A stretch of DNA of 64,000 bases, taken from positions 27,778,107 through 27,842,106 of the forward strand of contig NC_068996.1 in the NCBI RefSeq assembly GCF_001194135.2, given 5' to 3'. The notes under the pieces are model-generated. The model had not been told where the DNA came from. It was given only the letters and a program-made list of their open reading frames with translations, and ran no database searches. The stretch comes from Octopus bimaculoides. Lineage: Eukaryota. Positions 1-11,102 of this stretch are shown piece after piece. The position numbers and the translations under genes are program-made. Within the stretch, counting starts at the first letter, position 1, and the number at the start of each line of letters is the position of its first letter.

Positions 1-90
<90 letters not shown>
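1..90. repeat. (TG)n microsatellite
   Basis: Pure TG run. Other simple repeats at 2869-2947 (AC), about 10274-10322 (TA), 24787-24827 (TA), about 28220-28308, 46241-46268 (CGTA), about 48677-48773 and 51597-51774. Confidence 0.99.
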
Positions 91-93
<3 letters not shown>

Positions 94-379
94 CAATATA
101 TATATGTAGAATTTACAGAAAAGAGCTAAAGTTCATGAACTCATCCATAAAAATCCAGTCACATGTAGAAAAATTTAATAAGTAAACACACTAAAAAGAA
201 CTATAATACAAAGTAATAATCATTAAAATAATAAAATGACTACACGTGTTTCATAACCAAATTTTCAAATAGAAAATCAAATCAAATCAAATCGATTAAA
301 ATAAATAGATAAAAAATCAATTCTATTAAAAAATATAGCTAATCTTTGGGTCAAAATACAACAGTAATAATAATAAAAT

Positions 380-1935
380 GAATGTATATATATCAACCAA
401 CAATAAATAACAAATGAATTTATATAAAAATACTTATTATATCAAGAAGTAAAAGTACTTATTTTACTAATAAATAAAAGAAAAATATTTAACGATATTA
501 TACTTACCGAAGCTTTAGTTTAAATTAAGATTAAACGTTATATTATTAACATATCGTTTATTAGAATATCAGCCAACAATATATAACAAATGAATTTCTA
601 TAAAAATACTTATTTTACCAATAAATAAAAGAAAAATGTCTAACAATATTATTAAAAATAAATGTAATACTTATCTTATCGAAGTTTTAGGTTAAACTAA
701 AATTATAAATGTGACATTATTAACTTTGTTTATTAGAATATAAACTAACAGAAATATTAAATGAATTTATATAAAAATATTTATTTCATCAATAAATAAA
801 AGAAAAACATTTTAACTATTATTGAAAATAAATGCAAAGCTTATCTTAACGAATCTTTCGTTTAAAATACAATTTAAACGTTATACTATTAACTAGCCTT
901 TTACTAGAATATAAACTAACAATACATGAACTTATATAAAAATACTTATTTTATCAATAAATCAAGGAGAAATATTAAACAATATTATTGAAAAAATGCA
1001 ACACTAATCTTATTGCAGTTTTGGTTTAAACTAAAATGTTAAACATTATGCTATTAACTTAGCATTAAATAGTATATCAACTAACAATAAATAACAAGTG
1101 AATTTATATAAAAATACTTATTTTACCAATAAATAAAAAAAAAACATTTAACAATAGTATTGAAAAATAAATGCAATATTTATCTTATCGAAGTTTTAGG
1201 TTAAACTAAAATTATAAACGTTATCATCATCATCATCATCGTCATCGTTTAACGTCGGCTTTCCATGCTAGCATGGGTTGGACAATTTGACTGAGGACTG
1301 GTGAAACCAGATGGCAACACCAGGCTCCAATCTGATTTGGCAGAGTTTCTACAGCTGGATGCCCTTCCTAACGCCAACCACTCAGAGAGTGTAGTGGGTG
1401 CTTTTATGTGTCACCCGCACGAAGGCTAGTCAGGAGGTACTGGCAACGGCCATGCTGAAAATGGTGTATTTTATGTGCCACCTGCACAAGAGCCAGTCCA
1501 GCGGCACTGGCAACGATCTCGTTCGAAAATCCTATGAAGGCCAGTCAGGCGGTACTGGCAACAGCCACGCTCAAAATGGTATCTAATCGAATCTTTAGTT
1601 TAAATAAAATTTTAAATGTTATACTATTAACTTGTCCTTAATTAGAATATTAACTAATAATAAATGAAATTATATAAAAATACTTATTTTACCAATAAAT
1701 CAAGAAGAAACATTAAACAATATTATTGAAAATAAATGCAACACTAATCTAATCGAAGTTTTGGTTTAAACTAAAATGTTAAACGTTATACTATTAACTT
1801 AGTGTTAAATAGGATATCAACTAACATTAGATAACAAGTGAATTTATATAAAAATACTTATTTTACCAATAAATAAGAGAAAATCATTTAACAATATTAT
1901 TGAAAATAAAAGCAATACTTATCTCAACAAAGCTA
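380..1935 (+). repeat. AT-rich tandem array, about 165-180-nt unit, about 8 units, interrupted by a SINE
   Basis: TGAATTTATATAAAAATACTTATTTT recurs near 415, 593, 762, 926, 1099, 1664 and 1839. Confidence 0.9.
1222..1587 (-). mobile_element. SINE with (GAT)n tail (family motif GGCATCCAGCTGTAGAAAC...CCCATGCTAGCATGGAAAG)
   Basis: Reverse complement closely matches the + copy at about 34616-34795. Other copies: + about 11630-11775, 53380-53470, 55800-56110, 57150-57297, 58170-58290; - about 61090-61400, 61870-62060, 62710-62960. Confidence 0.85.
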
Positions 1936-2863
1936 TAGTTTAAACTATATATATGTATGTACATTGCTTGCCAACTAATGTCGGTATGTTTATGTCCCCA
2001 TAAATTACCACCTTCACAAAACAGACTGAAAGAATGACTACTTGGGGGTCAATTCATTCAACTAAAGGCAATTCTCCAGTAACGCCACAGTCAAATATTT
2101 TAAACAAGTAAAAGATAAGAATAAACAAATATGCCATTTCACTCTTGAGCAACGCCGGGTATCTCTGCTAGTATATATATAAAGGGCATGAGTGATTTAT
2201 GAGATGAGGTGGTTTCTAGTGGGAATAGGAAAAGATTTGTAGTAGAGAAATGTGTGTGCATAAAAGCAGATGTATGCCTGCTTATACATTACTGCATAGG
2301 TGTGTACAGGAATACATACAGCTAGAAACACATTTCACACTTGCATATAATCACAAATGAATTCATATAGCTTTTACACACATATTCAGCTATTATATTA
2401 TAGAACTGCTTGTGCGCACATGTTCATTAGATCTGACATTTTCCTAACTTTCAGTAGTATGGTTATCAAAGGTAATTACTTCAATTATCTAGATAATTGT
2501 ACAGTCTGATTCAAATCTCTTGAGTTGCTGTATTTATTTGTTTATATATAGATACTTTCTGTTTGGTACCATATTGACAATATTGCTACATAAGTAACTA
2601 TAAATTTTAAGAAATTTGACTATGAAATTGGAAAAGCATTGGCATCATCTTTTACTTGTTTGTCATTGGACTTGCAGCCTTGCTGGGTGCTACCTTGAAA
2701 GGATTTTGTTGAGCAAATTGCCCCCAGTATTTTTCTTTTTAAAGTCTTCTATCAATCATTTTGTTGAATTGCTAAGTTACAGGAACATAAAGCAACAAGT
2801 TGTCAAGCAGTATTGGGAGTGGGTGTAACAAACACTGACACAAAAAGCACATATACAAATATA

Positions 2864-2947
<84 letters not shown>

Positions 2948-2949
<2 letters not shown>

Positions 2950-3115
2950 ATAGGCTTCCACACTTTCTGTCTACCAAATTTACTCACAAGGATTGGTCAG
3001 CTCAGGGCTGTAGTAGAAGACACTTGTCCAAGGTGCCATGCAGATGACTGGACCTGACACCTTGTGGTTGCAAAACGAGCTTAGCACACTGCCACGACTG
3101 CACTTATGTTTTTAA
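2948..3115 (-). mobile_element. tRNA-derived SINE (second family)
   Basis: Homologous to + copies at 17438-17770, 23310-23600, 48775-49125 and 58830-58990 (B-box-like GGTTCAGTCCC) and - copies at about 12235-12390 and 16830-17000. Confidence 0.75.
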
Positions 3116-4269
3116 ATACTGCTATGGGTTAGTTGGTTCTGTTAAAAATCAGTCTTTTAGCCTTCATTGAGCCATTTCTTCTTGATCCAAATTCTTCTCA
3201 AAACTTTCTCAACATTTAGCCATGTATCCTCCTCAAATTAATGCCACATTTTCCTCCTCACCAACCACTATTATACACCAACAATCACAACGTGCTGGAT
3301 TAAAATCTTTCGAGCATCAAACAAAATGTCATTCAGTATTTAGCTCCATGCTTTTGCTTTCTGAGCTCAAATCCCACTGACATTATCTTTGACTTTTGTT
3401 CCTCTGGAGCTGATAAAGTAACTATCAAGTTGATTTGACAAATACCGATGTACCCCAGGTTTCTTCAAGCAATGAGACTTACTGAGAATCCTAAATGAAC
3501 TTTCTTAGTGCGTCTTGTGTTTTAAGGGTAGCTGAGAATGTAACCTCACCCTCAATGACCTTGCTGTTTCTGTCATGGATTCTATTCTTTGACTGAGTAG
3601 CACATTCTGTCTTTGAGCGAAGCACTTCATTTCATGTTGCTCTGGTTAACTGAGCTGAAAATGTGTACAGCATGTAGTTTTCTCTTCCTCCTGCTGTTGT
3701 CTCCTTCATGTTCCACTGGATCAATGGTTAGAGCCCCAAGCAGGTGACTATTTGCTCATGATTGCATAACCTTTAGAAAACAAAAAAACAAACTGGCAAA
3801 TATAAGGTACATGCTTTCATATCATACTCATTTGTGAGTGATGACTGGCTTTTCTTTTTTACCTACTTCCCTAATTATTCTCTTCATTTTATTACTTTCA
3901 ATAAGTACAAATAGATGGGACAAGGTTTTTTTTTTTTTGGTGACTGACTCAAGTCCTATATCAGATGTAGGAATTTTTAAACTTGACAACACTTTAGCTA
4001 TTATATGACTATTGCAAATCTTCAGTTTTGAATACTTGAGGTGTGTGCCATTGATCTATAAACAGTTTCAATGATTTGGTAATAGTTGTTCATTACCATT
4101 GGTCACATGTATCCTACAGTAGTAGTCAATAAAGTATTTATATGGATAGACAACATCTATGTTCATTTATCATTTGGAAATTAATAAAATACTTTTAATA
4201 ATTAAAATAAAGAACATCCTTTTAATGTTTTTGATTAATTAAATATTCAAATTTGTTTCTTATTTATAG

Positions 4270-4559
4270 AAGTGGCTTCCAATTACCAAACTTACGACCC
4301 GTCAATGTTAATATCTATGGCGGGGCAGGAGACACACCAACAAAGAGTGAAAACAGCCCTGTTGGTTTCGATGTGACATCACCAGGACGTCCTCACTCTT
4401 CGAATACAAGTCTTAAAAGTGAGCTTAGTGATGCTGAGTCACCAGAGAAAATATCTAATCGCTTAAGTAAGAGTATAGAGGTAGAATGTAAAACCCAAAC
4501 GACGGAGAAAAGTCAAGTAACTGATGCAATAGATGTCCGGGAGTCGGGAACTGCAACGA
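4270..4559 (+). CDS. MAPK8IP3: JIP3/4 exon: JNK-docking region and linker (SGFQLPNLRPVNVNIY...PHSSNTSLKSELSD...LSKSIEV...SGTAT)
   Basis: Acceptor tttatag|A, donor CGA|GTAAGA, phase 2 to 1, open frame. SNTSLKSELSD and SKSIEV resemble JIP4 SHTSLKDELSD and SKHIEV (recalled). Confidence 0.9.
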
Positions 4560-7500
4560 GTAAGATGTTTTTATTTTGTTTTGTTTGTCTGGCTCTTGAC
4601 TATGTATATCGCTGTCATATGTTGTATAAATGGATTTGTAGATGTTGTTGGCACTTATTGTTTAATTATTTTCCACATTACACATTTGTTGGAGGTATTA
4701 CTGCTTTATAATTATGATTAAAATGTTAATTCTACAAATGAAAATAATTTTAAAGTTATAGAAATTAATTTTGAGATACTGTATATAAATAAATGGAAAT
4801 GTAACTAAGGTTAATATAGGGAATTGCCCAATCACTTATGGCACTTATTGTGTTGGTACTCAGTCTACTTAAGCTAACCATCTGAGAGTAGGTCCCATTA
4901 TTACTGTTTTGTTGAAGGAGCTTAATATTATCATTATTTTATACATTTTATTAGTTGGTTGAGGTTGGACATGTCTGCAGGACAATTTATTGATTCTGCA
5001 TTATGTTTGCGAGATCCTAGATTATCAGAACAAACTTTTTTTCTTCCAGTGTCTTCTTCATTCTGCCTCTGTTATGAATACTTTAATCACTGCCAGTTTA
5101 CATAACTATTTCACCATCAAGTTTTGTGCATTTACTATGTCTGTATCAGCAGTTATCTCACTTACCTAGTAATAGCATTTACACTCAGCTATGAACATTG
5201 CTAAGAGAAAAGAGCAAAAATTTCCCCAATATAAGCTTTTAAGGAACAGTAAATGTTAAAGAGTAAAGTGTAATCTTTTTGGTGGGGGTGGTGGTTCTAT
5301 TTTGATAATCCACAATAAATAAAAGTCAACCATGTTAAAATTTGAAGTAAAAAATCCTGATCTATTTCTAGGATATCATTACCTTTTTTTTTTCATTTGA
5401 TAGTAATGTATCAATAATATCAGTTATTGGAAAATGCATAGAATGCCTATTATAGATTCCACAGCTCTTAAAATTATCATGCAAGATTTGATTTGTATAT
5501 TGAAATAGCTAACATTTTTTTTTGTTATAAGTTTAGTTGCATTTCACAAGAGTTGTTGTGGCTGGCCTGAGTTGATAACATGCCAGCCTATGTTTGAAAG
5601 ACTCCATTCTTTATTACTTTTCACTGATACTGCCTTATATTTTTGGCGAAAACTTTTGTCTTCCCAACTGCCCAGCAGTCTTGTTAGCTGTTAACATTGT
5701 GGGCAGCTGCAGTAAACAACAATGTTGCATAAGTGACTAGTGTTTCATGAAACTTTGAATTCAAATCTGTCCTATGGATAGTATATTATGGAAAGGGAAA
5801 GATATTCATTACGAGTAAGATAGGGAGATGGAGCTATTTGCATTACATGCACTATATGTGACTTCACAGGAGCTCTAATAACTAATAATGATGCATCAGA
5901 TTTTTCAAAATTTTAGTTTTCAGTTAGAATTGGGGTAGTTTTTCTTTCCATAACGTAATTATTTGGGATGCCATACAGCATAGGTGAAAGCATTATTGTT
6001 TATCAAAACATTTATCTCCTTAAAATGCATTTAGTTCTGTTGAAGAATTACTCTTGGGTTAATAATGAAGTATTTTGCTTCTAAACCATGATTGACAATA
6101 CTTTTCATTTTGTGTTACAGGGAGGTAAAAATGTATTTTAAGTATTAATTTCATATTTTGAACTGTTTCATATTGTCTATTATGAGTACTTTTTGGCAAT
6201 GGGATATAATAATGATATTCTCTCAGCTATATCCAATGAGAGTATTGTTAAGGGAGGAGAAAAATTATTGCGATAGTTTAAATTCTTACAAAAGGGGTAC
6301 ATGGCTGTGAGATGGAGATGCTGATGAAGTGAATACATAACTCAAGAGTTTGAAATTTATAACAGAAGCACTTGTGAAAAGTACATTGGTTGCTCCAGTT
6401 TTCTTAGCTTACAGTAGATTTCACTCTCACTGTTTGTATGGGTGGTTATTTCACGGAGAAATGAATTTTCCGTAGAAAAACTGCTGTTAAATAAGAGATG
6501 ATAAAATATATATTGAGATTGCATAGTGTTAGAATGTGTGTATTTGTTTTCACAATTTGGATACTCTTTTCCTCTTAAATAACCACTGAAACATGAAGTG
6601 TGGAGTGAAAACTATTATGAACTAGAAGCCTAACAAGTAATGTAAGTTCCTTGGGTACATAAGGTTTGTCTGCTTTACTATGGCTTTAGGCAAGGAACTT
6701 GACTTGCTTGCAGCTAATTTCCAATCACCATACCTTTTATGCTAGCTGTGATAAATAGATGTATATCAAATAATTAAGATAACTTTGCATTCTTTTTAAA
6801 TATTTTGGCCAAATTATTATAATTAAAAAGTTTAGTGCTATAGTTTTCAGTAAAATTAGGTAATGTTTTTGAGGATTTACTTTACAAATGTTTGGAAACA
6901 ACTTTTTATAAATATTTTTGTAATTATGAATTATTCAAGATTTTGTTAATGATTTAAATATAATTACATAATATATTACAAGGCAGTGTAATATCTTCAT
7001 TGGTATTGTTGAATCTGTGTCACCCCTTTATTGATTATATATGCATGTTTTGTATTGTTGGTCTGCTTGGATCACCATTTACTGGGCACAACCAAACCTG
7101 TATTGTTGCTGTTTAATATTTGCTCTTTATGACAACACAAACACAATTGATAGAAAAACCTGAAAAAGAAACGTGCATGTCCTTTTTTCTTTTTGCATCT
7201 TGAAATATGATTTACTTTCATTTTATTTCATGTCTTTATAAGATCCTCCAAACCTCTCCCCCCACATTAGTTGAAAATGGAAATAATTAAAATCAGTAAA
7301 GTACGTTACTGTTCTTTGATAGTTGCTGTACTTTGATTACACTCTGTACCTGGTGTGATTTATATAGATAGATATATGTTGCTTAATGTATTTTATATAT
7401 TCGAATATATCTTTAGTATAATTTTTGAAAATACTTCTCTTCCAGTAATGATCAGGCATAGATCCATGTTGCTTGTTAGCATTGATTTCTTTTGACTCGG

Positions 7501-8945
7501 TACAAAGGTAATTTTTAAATATTTTTGGAATGCGTATTGATCAGTCAATTGAATCAATTATAATATATAATAGTTGTATTTACTCTTACTGGTACTCAAT
7601 GAAATGATAAATAAAAATCAGTCTTGGCAAGTTTTAAGTCAAAATGTAGAATGTCTTAAATACATCAAGAAATTTAATCTAGTACACTACCATTGCTACT
7701 AGTTTCGATACATGCAGCAATGTTACATTAGAATATTTAAGGTCCAACAGATTTCTGATAGACTGACTATTTTTTGCTCACTGATACAATGAATTGTATT
7801 GGACCTTGTTAAAATAAGGATGTTAATTTGTGGGTAGATGAAAGATGACAGTAAACATTGAAGTTTTAAATAACACATTGAAATTCACTGCTCTTACATT
7901 ACTAAGGCTTTTTGTAAAATTGGATTGTGTTCTGATGAGTGGACAAGATAATATACAAATGTACAGGTTGTTGCTGATTTCTGTGTTGTCCCTTCTAAGA
8001 ATCCCTGCTTAGTAATGACAATGAATACATTTGATCATATCTCTGGACTTGCTGGAGAGGTATAGCAGTCCTATACTATCAAAGAAATCAAAATGTCAAA
8101 TGAAAGCACAGCCTCTCTCTCTCTTTAGATGTTTCCTATAATTGGCTGTATACAACTTGTCAGAAAGTTTTAATGTTTTCTTTAAGAGAATTCTTCAAAC
8201 TTTGGAATATTACACCTTTTGAAATAATTTATCTCAAGTAAAGTAGTAAATAGCAGTATTGAAATTTTTTCATACCACACTAGCATCTTGTTTATTTTAT
8301 TGAATAAAATTGTATGTGATGCTTAGTTTCTGATTAGGCTTCAATAAGCAAACAGGATATGTTAATAGTTGATGGAGGTGTGTTCCATAGGTCTATTGCT
8401 TTCAAATAAGTTTGTGTGTCAAATTTCAATTGTTCAACTGGTAACTTCGGCCATTTTGTCTTTTCTGGTATAAAAATGTAGTATAGTATAGTATAGAATT
8501 ATAGGGTGATGTTTAAGCGGTTTTACTTATTATTTAAAAGCTGAGTGATTGTGTCAAGTTCCTTTCATTCTCTTTACTGGCTGTTTTAATAATGGTTGTT
8601 TTTCTAAAATTTGATTTAAAAAATTATTTTGCATTCAATATATAAAGTTTCTTGGGTCCCACTATTATCTTCATTTTTAATTTCTACCGAATGATTCAAA
8701 TTTTTTATCAGAAAACCATTATTAGATTTAATTTGCAAGTTGTTGGAGCCTTTATTTTCTATCATTTTTCAAAGGTAGGTTTCTAATTCTGTTCTGTAAA
8801 TTATAAAGTGTTTATTCAGAGCTATTAATAATTTCAAATACATATACATCTCAATACCTCCTTACTCAAAGGTGTGAAGGTTCTAATTTTAGTATCCATA
8901 AATTTCCCTCTCCATCACCTGTAATATTTATATAATCACATGCAG

Positions 8946-8987
8946 GAGTTATGGTTTTGCCGTCCATGTTAACCACCAAACCAAAAG
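8946..8987 (+). CDS. MAPK8IP3: Candidate 42-nt cassette exon (RVMVLPSMLTTKPK)
   Basis: catgcag|GA...AAG|GTATAA; 51-nt AG-free upstream tract; phase 1-1, no stop; 175-nt intron to the next exon. Confidence 0.55.
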
Positions 8988-9004
8988 GTATAATTTTTTG
9001 GGAG

Positions 9005-9041
<37 letters not shown>

Positions 9042-9162
9042 GCATGTTTTAAAATATTAAAATGCTTAATTTTCTCTTTTTTTACATTGCTTTATATTTT
9101 ATTTTGTGTTTGGCTTTATTTGTATTATGGTTGGTGTATTGAAGCTTTGCTTTGCTCACTAG

Positions 9163-9429
9163 AAATTGCTGATACAGGTTCAAAAACAGTAGACGCTGGG
9201 AAGCAACCTGTTCCTCAAAATGAAACCACAGCTGTCACAGTAGATTCTGAGAAAGTTCAAACAGAAAAATCAGCTGAAGTCAGTGCGGTGGATGATAAAC
9301 CTTCAGAGGTTGAAAAGCAACCTGCTGCAAATGATACGATGCCAGTGAGGGTTCCAGAAGAAATCAAAACAGCTGCCCCAGTAAAGAACAAAACTGCCTT
9401 GAAATTGAACGAACCATTACCTCCACTTG
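9163..9429 (+). CDS. MAPK8IP3: JIP3/4 267-nt low-complexity linker exon (IADTGSKTV...KLNEPLPPL)
   Basis: ctcactag|AA acceptor, TTG|GTGAGT donor; phase 1-1 fits both neighbours; acidic/Pro-rich open frame within ORF 9087..9497. Confidence 0.85.
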
Positions 9430-9557
9430 GTGAGTTTCTCTACCAGGAATTAATAAGAAAACACCTAGAAAAACTATTTAAGAGTCAACAAAAATAATCC
9501 TTTTACAATGATTTCATCTTACCTCCAACAATGTATTGTTTCTATAAACTGGCATAT

Positions 9558-9629
9558 NNNNNNNNNNNNNNNNNNNNNNNNNNNNNNNNNNNNNNNNNNN
9601 NNNNNNNNNNNNNNNNNNNNNNNNNNNNN
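9558..9629. other. Assembly gap (N run)
   Basis: Ns. Further gaps at 45685-45825 and 51672-51681. Confidence 1.
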
Positions 9630-10265
9630 TATATATATATATATATGTCACTATTTCATTGCAAAGTAGAATGATAATCAAGCACTTCCTTTACTGAACA
9701 TTAATTTGTTGCAGTACAATAAATCAATATTTAAGTCTAAAATAAATTTGGAAGAATTGTTTACCAAAGTTTCAATTTTAGTTATTTAAAGCATTGATAG
9801 GTGAATGTAATTTCTATGCAGTAGGGAAAAGCAAACAGCTAAAATTTTGGAATAATGTAATGTTCAGTACAACCCAGATTTCTATGCCTGGTGATATTTG
9901 AAGAGCACACCATTCTCTAGCTATCATTTACCTTAGATTTTATTTTTCTCCTGGAAATTGTACTCCTTGTTTACATAACAAATATATATTTATCTGTCCT
10001 TCCTTCCTTCCTACCCAATCAACTCAGTGTTGTTGACCAACTTGAAGATTGTTTTAATTTTTTAAAAATATTTATTTGTTTATTTCCATTAGATGCACAA
10101 CACTTGCTTTGTTGCATGAGTATTTCAGCTTGTGAAATTGCAATCTAGTTTTTCTTTTGTGTTATCGTGAAAGAAAAAATTTACATGCCTCTGCTTTTTG
10201 TTTTTATTCACTGTTATTCTTATATTGTTATGTTTGTGCATATGTATAAAGTGTATATTTGCATA

Positions 10266-10324
<59 letters not shown>

Positions 10325-10681
10325 ATGTATATGGATGTATATATACAACACACATCATACATATATCTATGTACAATTAATATATGTATATTTATGTAAG
10401 TTGAATATTTTTTACTAAGGGTTCTAGATAATTACGCAAATATAAACGATTTTTAATGACTTTCTTGATTATTTTGTTTTCTGTATCTCTTAAATTTGCT
10501 TGTCTATTTGTTTTACTAACATAAATCAACCAACTTTGAAAACCTGGTTATAACACTTTATAAATTCCAAATTCTGAATGGAACATTTAGCATTCATTGA
10601 GAACATTGGAAGATAGATTTCTTTTAAACACTACTCATCTCTCTTCTATATTTAAGAGACGAGGAATTCTGTACATTATTC

Positions 10682-11102
10682 ACATTTGACAGATATTTGT
10701 CCTCCTCTTGTTTGTTGCTAACACAATGTTTCAGCTGATATACCCTCCAGCCTTCACCAGGTGTCTTGGGGAAATTTTGAACCTGGGTTCTCATTCCTAA
10801 GGTATTTTTCGATGTTATTAATCATTATTATTATTCAGGTCACTGCCTGGAATTGAACTCGGAACCTTGGGGTTAGTAGCTCATGCTCTTAACCCCAAAA
10901 TTCAGAGTTCAATTCCAGGCAGTGACCTGAATAATAATAATAATAATAATAATGATAATAATAACAACATTGAAAAATACCTTAGGAATGAGAACCCAAG
11001 TTCAAAATTTTCCCAAGACACCTGATGTGAAGGCTGGAAGGTATATCAACTGAAACATTGTGTTAACAACAAACAAGATGAGGAGAAATATCCGTTAAAT
11101 GT
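10682..11102. repeat. Head-to-head inverted pair of a tRNA-derived SINE forming a hairpin of about 195 bp
   Basis: 10682-10875 is the reverse complement of 10890-11102 (e.g. CAGGTCACTGCCTGGAATTGAACTC / GAGTTCAATTCCAGGCAGTGACCTG); loop about 14 nt. Confidence 0.92.

Larger units (their letters stand above)
93..2171 (+). mobile_element. Non-autonomous Helitron carrying an internal tandem array and nested SINEs
   Basis: Starts A|TCAATATATATATG and ends gagcaacgccgggtatctctgCTAG|T. This gives 5' TC, 3' CTAG, a decayed GC-rich subterminal hairpin and an A^T target site. Confidence 0.7.

Noticed and set aside
1398-1586. 62-aa ORF and other short ORFs overlapping SINEs
   Set aside because: They lie inside repeat copies and have no splice context or recognisable domain.
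380-1935. CRISPR-like repeat-spacer array
   Set aside because: The units are degenerate full-length tandem copies with no unique spacers and no cas genes, in a eukaryotic context.
6121-6124. ttacag|GGAG|GTAAAA 4-nt exon
   Set aside because: Not frame-preserving, no partner exon found, weak donor.
10125-10418. ORFs rich in IY, CV, HT or RV dipeptides (also at about 2772, 28043, 48612 and 51498)
   Set aside because: Translations of microsatellites.
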